A DNA stretch of 64,000 nt from a virus: the IMG/VR virus record IMGVR_UViG_3300023184_000029, positions 1 to 64,000 of that record; one strand, written 5' to 3'. The first letter of the stretch is position 1, and every line of letters begins with the position of its first letter. Positions 19,345 through 29,002 of the stretch are shown here, piece after piece. The translations under genes and the position numbers were made by a program. The notes beneath the pieces are model-generated. The model worked only from the letters and a program-made list of their open reading frames with translations, was not told where the DNA came from and did not search any database.

Positions 19345-20294
19345 AAAAATTTTTGTAATATGTTATTAATAACATTTTGTAGGAATACTTTGGGGCTTTT
19401 TGTATAGTCTGTGAACATTTTTTGACAATCTTCTTTACCTTTTATATTTATTTCATCAATAATTTTATTATTCTCTGTGGTTAATAATTGATCCATAATA
19501 TCGAATGCTTCATCAAAAGAGCAACTAATAAAACCATTCGAGTGGTCGTAATAATCAAAAAACTGAATATCATTTGTATTTCTATTAATATAAATAGGAA
19601 CCGAATTAGAATTCATTTGCCAGTAAAGCCTGCTCCAACAACATGTGTTTCCATCTATATTAATTAGGAGTTTATATTGTAATTGATTTTTAATAGACAT
19701 ACTATCATGAATAGTTTGTTCTATACTAGGGTATTTATTAGACCATAATTCTCTAGTATTTTGACATAAATTATTAATATATCCATGATGATTATTTTTA
19801 TTTAAACATTTTATACAATATTTAGCTCTGGTATTATTTTCAAAAGTACCAGTTGATGAGCCTATGAATAAAGACTCGTTTTTTTTACTAGAATATTCTG
19901 TGTCACTAGATGATTCATCGAGATAGGCTTTGACTAAGCCTGTAAAAAAATCTATATTAGGAATAAGTATTCCATTAATATGTTTTTCTTTAGATAAACA
20001 AATTACCGGAATATCGGTGTTATATTCTGTATTAACTATATCCCCCAAGCCTAATATAATTTTGAAATTCAACGGCTTATATATTGAAATAAAGTTAGCA
20101 AAATATGGTAGTAGTATTTCTAGCCTATAAGACAATCCGTGATTTAGTTCTTGATTAGCTTGAATACGAAAACTGTTATCTTCTACGCTTAATAAAATAT
20201 CTTCTTTACCAAGCATATTAACGTCTAATGTATTATACTTTTTTAAATGCTGGAATTGTGTATTTATTATATCTTCTATAAGAGAATTGTTCAT
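19341..20294 (-). CDS. GT90 (CAP10/POGLUT-like) glycosyltransferase
   Basis: FIGSSTG, YKLLINIDGNTCCWSRLYWQMNSNSV. Confidence 0.75.
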   Translation of the reverse strand: MNNSLIEDIINTQFQHLKKYNTLDVNMLGKEDILLSVEDNSFRIQANQELNHGLSYRLEILLPYFANFISIYKPLNFKIILGLGDIVNTEYNTDIPVICLSKEKHINGILIPNIDFFTGLVKAYLDESSSDTEYSSKKNESLFIGSSTGTFENNTRAKYCIKCLNKNNHHGYINNLCQNTRELWSNKYPSIEQTIHDSMSIKNQLQYKLLINIDGNTCCWSRLYWQMNSNSVPIYINRNTNDIQFFDYYDHSNGFISCSFDEAFDIMDQLLTTENNKIIDEINIKGKEDCQKMFTDYTKSPKVFLQNVINNILQKFL

Positions 20295-20297
20295 TAT

Positions 20298-20621
20298 TTA
20301 AAGCTCTATATCCGAAGCAGAAGATATAATATCTAGTACGAAATTTCTTAATCTCATCCTTTCGGATTCATCAAATCCAAAATTTAAATCATCACATTTT
20401 TCGAGATTAAAATCAGGATAGTGTTTACTGCAAATTTTGTCTACAAATTCTAAACTAATTTTTTTAGGTACAAAAATAAAATTTTCATTAATATAATTTA
20501 GACTATTAATAATAATAGTATCTTCTTTATATTTATGTTTCATTCTTTGTACTATCCAATTAATAAATTCTTTATTTTTTGTTATACTCATAAATATATA
20601 CCATGTATTTAGACCAAACAT
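20298..20621 (-). CDS. Hypothetical protein
   Basis: 107 aa ORF in operon. Confidence 0.6.
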   Translation of the reverse strand: MFGLNTWYIFMSITKNKEFINWIVQRMKHKYKEDTIIINSLNYINENFIFVPKKISLEFVDKICSKHYPDFNLEKCDDLNFGFDESERMRLRNFVLDIISSASDIEL

Positions 20622-21132
20622 CTTCTATAAGATCGCTTATAAAATTCCAATTACCTCCGGACAAACCACTACCAAATTTAGGGGCGTGAATTTCTACCTG
20701 TTCACTCTTATTCAAGAAACCGGTATTTTGATTTATAAAATGAGATATTTTTAACATACAACTAGCCAAGGCAGCATAATTTAATGGCCTAGAGTTGTTA
20801 GGGTTTTTAACTCCATTTTGTGCTATCATATTAACAAAATAGATTTTATGTTTATATTTTTTTTCTTCATATACTTTGATAAACTGAGAATGTCCAAGAT
20901 TATTTCTTAGAAAACTTTTACCTAAAAGATGATAATCTTGTTTAACTGAAGGATATGCTTGAGCAACTGCTGATGCAAAACCTGCCCCGAATAAATCTAT
21001 GTTATTACAAACATGAGGAATTATTACTGTAGACCCAGTATGTTCTGCTTCTACTCTTTTTTTTATAGAGTCAAATAAATTATTTTTTGATAATATATAA
21101 CTACTTGTAGACTTTTTATATACAGAAACCAT
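20572..21132 (-). CDS. Macrodomain protein (ADP-ribose processing)
   Basis: IPHVCNN...GAGFA, VNMIAQ, APKFGSGLSGGNW. Confidence 0.8.
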   Translation of the reverse strand: MVSVYKKSTSSYILSKNNLFDSIKKRVEAEHTGSTVIIPHVCNNIDLFGAGFASAVAQAYPSVKQDYHLLGKSFLRNNLGHSQFIKVYEEKKYKHKIYFVNMIAQNGVKNPNNSRPLNYAALASCMLKISHFINQNTGFLNKSEQVEIHAPKFGSGLSGGNWNFISDLIEDVWSKYMVYIYEYNKK

Positions 21133-21156
21133 ATAATGCCCTCTATGTCTAAGATA

Positions 21157-21393
21157 CTACCATTTATTTAGCGGGCATCTTTGATCTGCCCAAGCTAATT
21201 TATTAATGAATCTTTTTTTATTACTTATATAGCAACCACAAACTCCGCACTCTGATTTTATTGAGTTATATTTCTCACACTGTAAACATATAACATATCT
21301 TTTTCTAATGGTTTCGGTTGTAGATTTAGGCATACCTGACCAAATATGAAATAGTAGAGATTTTATAAAAGTTTGTATTTTAATAAGTATCAT
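21157..21393 (-). CDS. Small Cys-rich protein
   Basis: CLQC...CGVCGC...CPLNKW. Confidence 0.7.
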   Translation of the reverse strand: MILIKIQTFIKSLLFHIWSGMPKSTTETIRKRYVICLQCEKYNSIKSECGVCGCYISNKKRFINKLAWADQRCPLNKW

Positions 21394-21613
21394 TTTTTTC
21401 TCTAATTTTTAATGGAGTAAAATTCCCATCTGATGTTAGATATAAATCAATTATCTCAACAATTTGGGCTTCCTTTAGCCATCTAATCAGACCTGTTCTG
21501 ATATTAATGGCCATTCTGTCCCCATTATTCTTAAAGTCTGATGTTAAAATATAGATATCATTTTCTATACTAAAACTATCACCAGTCCCTAGTTCTTCTA
21601 AATATTTAGACAT
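21380..21613 (-). CDS. Hypothetical protein
   Basis: 77 aa ORF in operon. Confidence 0.65.
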   Translation of the reverse strand: MSKYLEELGTGDSFSIENDIYILTSDFKNNGDRMAINIRTGLIRWLKEAQIVEIIDLYLTSDGNFTPLKIREKNDTY

Positions 21614-21621
21614 AAAATAAA

Positions 21622-21843
21622 CTATCTATTGTAGAACCTTTCCCAGTCCTTCCATTCCTCTTCATCTATCTCTTCTTTTCTCTTTTTTATCTCACTATTC
21701 TTTTTACTTTTAATATCAAAAGAATCTTGATCAGATTTGTCTAGAATTTTCTTCTTTTTTATATTTTCTCTGCGAAAATCTTTGCGACTATCAGAATCTT
21801 CGTTGTCTTTGTGTTTCATAGCTTTGTTGTTGTTTTGATACAT
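21622..21843 (-). CDS. Small highly charged protein
   Basis: 73 aa K/E/D-rich ORF. Confidence 0.65.
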   Translation of the reverse strand: MYQNNNKAMKHKDNEDSDSRKDFRRENIKKKKILDKSDQDSFDIKSKKNSEIKKRKEEIDEEEWKDWERFYNR

Positions 21844-21847
21844 CGTT

Positions 21848-21926
21848 ATGTTACTCTTTTTTTTTCAAATGTCAAGTAAAAAATAAAAAAATATCGCATT
21901 GACTATCGCCCAGAATACACTAATAT
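21848..21926. promoter_or_regulatory. Divergent sigma70-type promoters
   Basis: Minus: TTGACA...TAACAT towards 21843; plus: TTGACT-16 bp-TAATAT (21899-21926) towards the inverted GT block. Confidence 0.5.
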
Positions 21927-21970
21927 TATGCAGCTCTGGGGATATTACTATTCATTAAAAGGCTATTTCT

Positions 21971-23224
21971 ATGTCTAACACAATCTTTATACAGATCGCA
22001 TCTTACAGAGACCCCCAATTGCTATCAACTCTAAAAGACTGCATAGCCAAATCCAAATACCCTGAAAATCTAAGGATAGGCATAGCTTGGCAACATAACA
22101 CGGAAGACGAATGGGATACATTAGAAGAATTTACTAATGATAATAGATTTAGAATTTTAGATATTGACTATAGAGAATCAAAGGGTGTTTGTTGGGCTAG
22201 GAATAAAGTTCAACAGCTTTATGGTGGAGAAAAATATACTCTTCAATTAGATTCTCATCACAGATTCGTAGAAGGCTGGGATGAAATTTTAATAGAAATG
22301 TTATTATCATTACAGTCAAAAGGACACGAAAAACCTCTTATAACTTCATATATACCTAGTTTTAATCCAGAAAACGACCCACAAGAAAGAGTTACGGTTC
22401 CTTGGAAAATGAATTTCGATAGGTTTATTCCAGAAGGCGCTGTATTTTTTCTACCTGCATCATTCGATAGCTGGGATGATTCTACAAATCCTCTTAAAGC
22501 CAGATTTTATAGCGCTCATTTTGCTTTTTCTATAGGTGAATTTTCTAAAGAAGTACAGCATGATCCTAATTATTATTTTCATGGGGAAGAAATAAGCATA
22601 GCTGCTAGAGCATTCACTCATGGATACGATCTATTTCATCCGCATAAAATAGTTTGTTGGCATGAATATACTAGAAAAGGACGAACTAAACAATGGGACG
22701 ATGATAAAGTTTGGCACAAAAAAAACGAAGAAAGCCACAGAAGAAACAGAATTCTTTTTGGTATGGACGATGAAAAACAAGATATTGATTTTGGTATTTA
22801 TGGATTTGGATCTGTTCGTACATTAAGAGATTATGAAAAATATTCTGGATTGAGTTTTTCTAGAAGAAGTGTTACACAACATGTATTGGACCATAAAGCC
22901 CCTCCAGACCCATTATGTGATGCTTCTGATGAAGATTTTGATAAATCATTAAGTAAAATATTCAAACATTGCATAGATGTGTCTTATTCTAGTGTTCCTC
23001 ACGATGACTATGATTTTTGGTGTGTTGTTTTTAAAGATAGTAATAATACTGATCTTTATAGGCAAGATTGCGATGAGGGAGAAATACTGAGAATGAAAAA
23101 TGATCCTGATAAATATTGTAAAATATGGCGCACCTTTCAAACAGATAAGAGACCAGCTAAATGGGTAGTTTGGCCGCATAGCAAGTCTAAAGGTTGGTGT
23201 GATATTATAGAAGGCAACTTATGA
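21971..23224 (+). CDS. GT60-like (Skp1-type protein GlcNAc transferase) glycosyltransferase
   Basis: IFIQIASYRD, LQLDSHHRF..GWD, HGEEISIAARAFTHGYDLFHP. Confidence 0.8.
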   Translation: MSNTIFIQIASYRDPQLLSTLKDCIAKSKYPENLRIGIAWQHNTEDEWDTLEEFTNDNRFRILDIDYRESKGVCWARNKVQQLYGGEKYTLQLDSHHRFVEGWDEILIEMLLSLQSKGHEKPLITSYIPSFNPENDPQERVTVPWKMNFDRFIPEGAVFFLPASFDSWDDSTNPLKARFYSAHFAFSIGEFSKEVQHDPNYYFHGEEISIAARAFTHGYDLFHPHKIVCWHEYTRKGRTKQWDDDKVWHKKNEESHRRNRILFGMDDEKQDIDFGIYGFGSVRTLRDYEKYSGLSFSRRSVTQHVLDHKAPPDPLCDASDEDFDKSLSKIFKHCIDVSYSSVPHDDYDFWCVVFKDSNNTDLYRQDCDEGEILRMKNDPDKYCKIWRTFQTDKRPAKWVVWPHSKSKGWCDIIEGNL

Positions 23225-24042
23225 AAAATTTATTGGTAGGATTATGTAATAACCCTGTTTATAATCAAAATAAAATTAATTTATGGCTAAAAAGTTTTAA
23301 ACAACATTGCGATTATGATGTTACCCTAATAATAGCTAATCCCTCAGATAATGATAGATCTTTTTGTGATCAGTTAGGTGTCAACATAGAGTATGTCTCA
23401 GTAGATAATTCACATCAAATTTATCATAAAAGATTGTTTCAAATATATCAATATTTAACGAGCATTAATTACGATTTAATTTTATCTACAGATGTTTTTG
23501 ATGTGGCTTTTCAGTCTGATCCATTTAAAAAATTAGATATTATTAATTATGATGTTTTTTTATCTGGTGAAGGAGTGTTGGTTAACCAAGAAAATTGGAA
23601 CTATAGAAATATAGATACTTTATTTCCTAATGAAATTATTAAATGTCAACATAACGAAGTTATAAATTCTGGTATTATTGCAGGAAAACGTTTACAAGTT
23701 ATAGAAGTATATCGTCAAATGTATGAATTATGTGAACAAAGTACTAATCATGATGACATACAAGATCAAGCAGCTCTCATAGTATTAGTATGTAATAAAC
23801 TTATACCGGGATTGAAAATATTTAATCTGGACGATGCTTGGGCTATGCATTGTGCTGTTGCTGGTCCAACACAGTTTTTTGAAAGCTGGGGATTTAGTAG
23901 AAATCTTAAATACGGAATACCTAAAATAATAAATGGTAAAGTATATACAGCCACGGGAATATTGTATGATATAGTACATCAATTTAATAGAATACCTGAA
24001 TGGCACAACCAAATAGAGAAAGTTGTTTATGACAACCTGTAA
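23221..24042 (+). CDS. GT-A-like nucleotide-diphospho-sugar transferase
   Basis: STDVFDVAFQSDPF, INSGIIAG, DQAAL. Confidence 0.65.
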   Translation: MKNLLVGLCNNPVYNQNKINLWLKSFKQHCDYDVTLIIANPSDNDRSFCDQLGVNIEYVSVDNSHQIYHKRLFQIYQYLTSINYDLILSTDVFDVAFQSDPFKKLDIINYDVFLSGEGVLVNQENWNYRNIDTLFPNEIIKCQHNEVINSGIIAGKRLQVIEVYRQMYELCEQSTNHDDIQDQAALIVLVCNKLIPGLKIFNLDDAWAMHCAVAGPTQFFESWGFSRNLKYGIPKIINGKVYTATGILYDIVHQFNRIPEWHNQIEKVVYDNL

Positions 24043-24823
24043 TATTATATGTACTTATAACAGAACTATATATGGAACTGGTAATGATCAGATCAAAAAA
24101 TTCTCTAGCTCTGGCCTTAGCAATTTTCATGTTTTATTTGATCTTAAAGAACAAGAAGATTTTACTCAAAAGTTTTTAGAGGATAAATATGAATCTAAAA
24201 TTTGTATCTATGGTGATAAAGATTTTATTTATCATAACTTAAATAAACCAATAAGTAAAAATCATAGATGGGGATGTCATCAAAATCCTAAGTATTTTTA
24301 CGCCCATTATAGAATGTTAATTTTTTATTTAAATAATCCAGAATATAATTATTATTGGTTTTTTGATGACGATGTAGATTTTAAAGGAGATATTAATCAA
24401 TTTTTAAATAGATACGAAACAGAAAGCGATGACTTTATCGCTATACAAGCTTTTAAAAAGGATCAATACGAAGAGTTCCCAAGGATTAGCTGTATCAAAG
24501 AACCTGGGCAAATTATAGAACATAGCTGGTTCTCTAGTTGTCCCGGAGATGGGGATGTTTTTAAATCACAAAATAGACTAATAGGTTCTTTTTTTCCTAT
24601 AGTTAGATTTTCAAATAGATCTATGAAACATCTCTGGAATTTACACAAAGATGGTTTTTATGGGTACTCAGAAGGTTTTGTTCCAACTTCTTTAGGTTGC
24701 GATGGGTTCAAAGTCTCAAGTATGATGGATAAAAATAATAATTTTTTTATTGAAAATGATACAGCGTGCGAACTTTTACACCAAAATATACCTTTTACAT
24801 GGTCTTGGCTTAGACTAATTTAG
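24023..24823 (+). CDS. Putative GT-A glycosyltransferase
   Basis: YYWFFDDDVDF (DxD), FFPIVRFSN, EGFVPT. Confidence 0.55.
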   Translation: MFMTTCNIICTYNRTIYGTGNDQIKKFSSSGLSNFHVLFDLKEQEDFTQKFLEDKYESKICIYGDKDFIYHNLNKPISKNHRWGCHQNPKYFYAHYRMLIFYLNNPEYNYYWFFDDDVDFKGDINQFLNRYETESDDFIAIQAFKKDQYEEFPRISCIKEPGQIIEHSWFSSCPGDGDVFKSQNRLIGSFFPIVRFSNRSMKHLWNLHKDGFYGYSEGFVPTSLGCDGFKVSSMMDKNNNFFIENDTACELLHQNIPFTWSWLRLI

Positions 24824-24836
24824 GAGTATTTCAAAT

Positions 24837-26987
24837 ATGATAAATATTGATAAATATTATTGCATTAATCTAGACAGAAGAAAAGATAGGCTTAGATTAA
24901 TACAAGAAGAAGTGAAAAAGAGCACAACTCTTCTTAAGAATCTTGATATATGGGTAGCTATAGATGGTAGAGATATAAATCCTCAATGGATCCCAGAATA
25001 TATTGTAGAATCAAAAATAGCTAAAGATATCAGTTCCGACTGGAACCATAATAAAAGTAATGGATTAAGTGTAACAGCAGGAGCTTTAGGGTTTTCTCTT
25101 ACTCAAATTAAAATATATGAATATTCTATTAAAAATAATAAAACTCTTTTAATCATAGAAGATGATACTAAAATAGATGATAATTTTGATACAGAGCTTG
25201 AAAAAATATGTGAAGAACTACCAGAAGATTTTGATTTTTGTTATATAGGTTATTATAACACGTCTCATGAAAAAATTTCTTTTTCTGATAATCTCTTTAT
25301 ACCAAAAGGACAAATTTGTGGAACTCATGGGTATATTATATCTCCTTCTGGAGCTAAAAAAATATTAAATAATTTACTACCAATTAATGTTCAAATGGAT
25401 ACTAAATTATATACTCTCCAAGATAAAATTAATTTTTATGCAACTTACAAAAAACTTGTAACTTCATATGATATTGTAGAAGATAATGAAGATTATAAGA
25501 TAAAATCAAATATTGCATCCACCGATATTCAAAGAGAAAATGGTAGTATTAGAAATTATAAAATTACTGATAGTACAAAACCTCTTTTTTATATAACAAA
25601 TCCTGTTATAGTAACAGCTTTATATGATATAGGAAGAAATAAATGGGACGCATTTGGCCTGGCATATGACACATATCTTTACTGGATGAGAAATACCCTC
25701 TCTCTAGATGCTAATATAGTTATATATACTGAAGAAAAATTTAAGGAAAAAATAGAAAACTATAGAAAAGAATATGATAAAGATCTAAGTAAAACTAAAA
25801 TAATTATAATTGAATTAGAAGAACTTGAATATTATAAAAAATATTATCATAAACTTAATGAATTAATGAGTTCAGATGAATTTGTTAGAAAAACAGATAG
25901 ACATATACCAGAAATGAGTAAGCCTCTTTATAATGTTATGATGTTTAATAAATTAAGTTTTTTAAAACATACCTATGATAATAATTATTTTAATAATGAT
26001 TTATTAATATGGGCCGATGCTGGAGGACTAAGAAACGACATAAAAGAATACGAGAATCAAATCTGGCCATCATTAGATAAAATAAATGAATTAGATAATA
26101 CTAAGATTACTTTTTTTAGTCATAGTAAAAATGTTATAGTAACAAATAACGAAAATCATGCAATATCTCAAACAAGGTATGTGCAAGGCACCTCTTTTTT
26201 TGTGCCCTCTCATATGATAAATAGTTTTAGTTTGACTTTTGAAGATACTGTTAAAGAATGTTTAGATAAAAAATTTATAGGTAGTGATGAGAAAATTTTA
26301 GATATTACATATCTCAAAAATAAATCTAAATATCATTTAATTAAATGTGATTGGCGAACATATTTCAAAATCTTTAAAGAAGATAATAGTAATTTATTTC
26401 AAAATAAAAATGATGCTAAAAAAATCTTTATAGATCTTGGTACACATGAATGTCAAGGTTTGAGAAAATTTATAGATAAATTAAATATTGATGATAGTTG
26501 GGATATTTACTGTTTTGAACCAAATCCAAGAGTTAATACAAAATTACATATAGATCAATTAAATCATTCCAATATTCATTTGTACAAAAAAGCCGTTTGG
26601 ACAAAAAGCGGCAGAGTTATATTTAATATGCATGGAGAAGATGGTGTAAGTCAAGGATCTCTTATAGAAGAAACAGAAGAGGGTAAATGGTATAATGACT
26701 ATCATTCATCTGAAATTATTGAATGTATAGATATACTAGAAATATTCAATATGTTTAATAATAATCAAAATATTTATATTAAAATGGATATAGAATGGGC
26801 CGAATATAAAATACTAGATTATATTTTACAAAAACAAGCGTGGCCTGGAAATATCAAAAAGATTTGGATAGAATGGCACGGCCTCGATAATCCTGTGCAT
26901 AAAAATAAAGCAGAGAGTTTAACAAAGTCTATCAGATCTTTAGGAACAGAGGTTATATGGTCTGATTTTCCATGGAATATTGAATAG
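24837..26987 (+). CDS. Three-domain fusion: GT25 + HtrL/YibB-like + FkbM-type methyltransferase
   Basis: YCINLDRRKDR...IIEDD...GTHGYII; IVTALYDIGR...WADAG; FIDLGTH...CFEPNP...IKMDIEWAEY. Confidence 0.8.
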   Translation: MINIDKYYCINLDRRKDRLRLIQEEVKKSTTLLKNLDIWVAIDGRDINPQWIPEYIVESKIAKDISSDWNHNKSNGLSVTAGALGFSLTQIKIYEYSIKNNKTLLIIEDDTKIDDNFDTELEKICEELPEDFDFCYIGYYNTSHEKISFSDNLFIPKGQICGTHGYIISPSGAKKILNNLLPINVQMDTKLYTLQDKINFYATYKKLVTSYDIVEDNEDYKIKSNIASTDIQRENGSIRNYKITDSTKPLFYITNPVIVTALYDIGRNKWDAFGLAYDTYLYWMRNTLSLDANIVIYTEEKFKEKIENYRKEYDKDLSKTKIIIIELEELEYYKKYYHKLNELMSSDEFVRKTDRHIPEMSKPLYNVMMFNKLSFLKHTYDNNYFNNDLLIWADAGGLRNDIKEYENQIWPSLDKINELDNTKITFFSHSKNVIVTNNENHAISQTRYVQGTSFFVPSHMINSFSLTFEDTVKECLDKKFIGSDEKILDITYLKNKSKYHLIKCDWRTYFKIFKEDNSNLFQNKNDAKKIFIDLGTHECQGLRKFIDKLNIDDSWDIYCFEPNPRVNTKLHIDQLNHSNIHLYKKAVWTKSGRVIFNMHGEDGVSQGSLIEETEEGKWYNDYHSSEIIECIDILEIFNMFNNNQNIYIKMDIEWAEYKILDYILQKQAWPGNIKKIWIEWHGLDNPVHKNKAESLTKSIRSLGTEVIWSDFPWNIE

Positions 26988-26988
26988 A

Positions 26989-27903
26989 TTAAAATATAGG
27001 ATAAATAATTCCATATCCTTCATATTTATGAATACCAGAGTATTTGGGATTTGCTAGTGGTTTGGATTTAGATTTAAATATATCTATATAATTTTTAGTA
27101 TTATTTAATTCATATTTCTTGATTTTTTTGTTATAACTCAATAATAGAGAAGCACAACCAACAGCAAATGGATTACTCATACTCGTTCCACTCATAGAGG
27201 CATATCCATTATTTGGTACACAACTAATAATATTATGTCCTGGCGCTAAAAAATCTAATGTATCCCCACTACATGTAAAACTAGTTCTATTTAGATTCTC
27301 GTCTATTGCTCCGATAGCTATAGTATTATTAAATTTTGCAGGATACATAACATCAGTAGCTTCCCCTGCATTACCAGCCGCACAAAAAATAATAGAACCT
27401 TTTGATACTGCATAGTTAATTGCATTTTCAATAGCTTTAGATGGGATTGGACTACCCAAAGACATAGTAATAATATCAGCTTTATTATCTGCTGACCAGA
27501 TAATAGCTTTGACTATATTATCTGAGCTACCAGACCCACTATTATCCAAAGCTTTGACTGGCATTATCTTTGATTCTGGAGCAACACCAACTATTCCTTT
27601 ACCATTATTTATTGCGGCTATGGTTCCGGCCACATGGGTTCCATGTCCATTAAAATCCATAGGATCTTTATTAATCTCAACAAAGTTTTTTCCTTGTATT
27701 ATATTGTCTTTAATATCAATATGATTAAAATCGCATCCAGTATCTATAACAGCTACCACCACACCCCTACCAGTTGAATAATTCCATTGATTCCTAATAT
27801 CAAATTTATTAATTTCCCAACCATAATGTTGTTCTTTATCAACCGACCCATAAATATCTTCTCTAATATATGGCAATAATTTAATATTATTTTTTCTTTT
27901 CAT
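26989..27903 (-). CDS. Subtilisin-family (S8) serine protease
   Basis: VAVIDTG, HGTHVAGTI, AAGN, SGTSMSNP. Confidence 0.95.
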   Translation of the reverse strand: MKRKNNIKLLPYIREDIYGSVDKEQHYGWEINKFDIRNQWNYSTGRGVVVAVIDTGCDFNHIDIKDNIIQGKNFVEINKDPMDFNGHGTHVAGTIAAINNGKGIVGVAPESKIMPVKALDNSGSGSSDNIVKAIIWSADNKADIITMSLGSPIPSKAIENAINYAVSKGSIIFCAAGNAGEATDVMYPAKFNNTIAIGAIDENLNRTSFTCSGDTLDFLAPGHNIISCVPNNGYASMSGTSMSNPFAVGCASLLLSYNKKIKKYELNNTKNYIDIFKSKSKPLANPKYSGIHKYEGYGIIYPIF

Positions 27904-28661
27904 TATTTCTCTACAATCATATTTGACTTTATCCAGTCGGTATATACACTAATTCTTGTATGTCCTGACTCGTCACTATAACTAGAATCTGTTTTTTTAT
28001 CTTCAGACATAATACACGAGTTAATACCAGCTAATTTATTTCCTATAAAAAGACCACCCCCACTATCTCCACTCCCTATAAGAAATTCTAAAGCGGTTAT
28101 TTTATCTTTTCTATAAGACGGAGTACAGACCAATAAATTTCTATCTATCTTATCAATTATATTAGATCCGGCTCTTCTCCTATTATCTGAAAATTTAATT
28201 CCAGTATTGAATGTTCCGGTTAAACCAAATCCACTGATAGTACAAGTTTTACCCTCTTCATCATTTTCATTATATAAAGAGGGATAGAATTCTAATTTTA
28301 TATCTTTTTTAAGGTATCCTAAAGCAATATCATCACGACCAAAACTAGATACTTCATAGCTATCATGTATAATAATTTTATCTATAAAGACTATTTCTTC
28401 ATTTTTATGAACATAGCAAATACTATATCCATTGACTACATGAGCAGCCGTTAAAATCCAATGAGGGTCTATAACAACGCAAGAAGCGCAAAAAAGACCC
28501 CCATCTGCATATTTTCCGCATAGCTTTAAAACAAATGGGAATTGGTTACCAAATTCGACATATTTTTCATCTGGAGTATCAGGATCTATAGTACCAGCTA
28601 TAGAAAGAGGGCAAGATAATAAATAAAAAAAAGCTATTATTAATACTAAAAGATATCTCAT
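27903..28661 (-). CDS. Trypsin-like (S1) serine protease with signal peptide
   Basis: WILTAAHV, DIALG, GDSGGGL; hydrophobic N-terminus. Confidence 0.9.
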   Translation of the reverse strand: MRYLLVLIIAFFYLLSCPLSIAGTIDPDTPDEKYVEFGNQFPFVLKLCGKYADGGLFCASCVVIDPHWILTAAHVVNGYSICYVHKNEEIVFIDKIIIHDSYEVSSFGRDDIALGYLKKDIKLEFYPSLYNENDEEGKTCTISGFGLTGTFNTGIKFSDNRRRAGSNIIDKIDRNLLVCTPSYRKDKITALEFLIGSGDSGGGLFIGNKLAGINSCIMSEDKKTDSSYSDESGHTRISVYTDWIKSNMIVEK

Positions 28662-28693
28662 TTATATGCCCTCCAATGAAAGCAATGAGTTAT

Positions 28694-29002
28694 TTAGGGT
28701 CTTGATACTATCCTAGTACTATACACCTCAGTATCTTCTATAACAAATATATTCCAGCTTTTGAAGTCCATTAAATGACCAAATACTAGATGACATGGAT
28801 CAGCACACAAAGTCATAAGATTTGATGGATCAAGTTCTAGATCCGGATACTTATGTACCGGTTTTATATGATGTACTTCTAGTTTTTTATCTTTTCCACA
28901 AGCTGCACATTTAGGGTTATTTTCAAGATGTTTTTTTCTTACCGAATTCCATTTAGGAGATCTTGTTGCATATCTTATTTTTTTAAATAAATTGAAAATC
29001 AT
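28694..29002 (-). CDS. Small HNH endonuclease
   Basis: CAACG...EVHHIKP...NLMTLC...CHLVFGH. Confidence 0.9.
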   Translation of the reverse strand: MIFNLFKKIRYATRSPKWNSVRKKHLENNPKCAACGKDKKLEVHHIKPVHKYPDLELDPSNLMTLCADPCHLVFGHLMDFKSWNIFVIEDTEVYSTRIVSRP

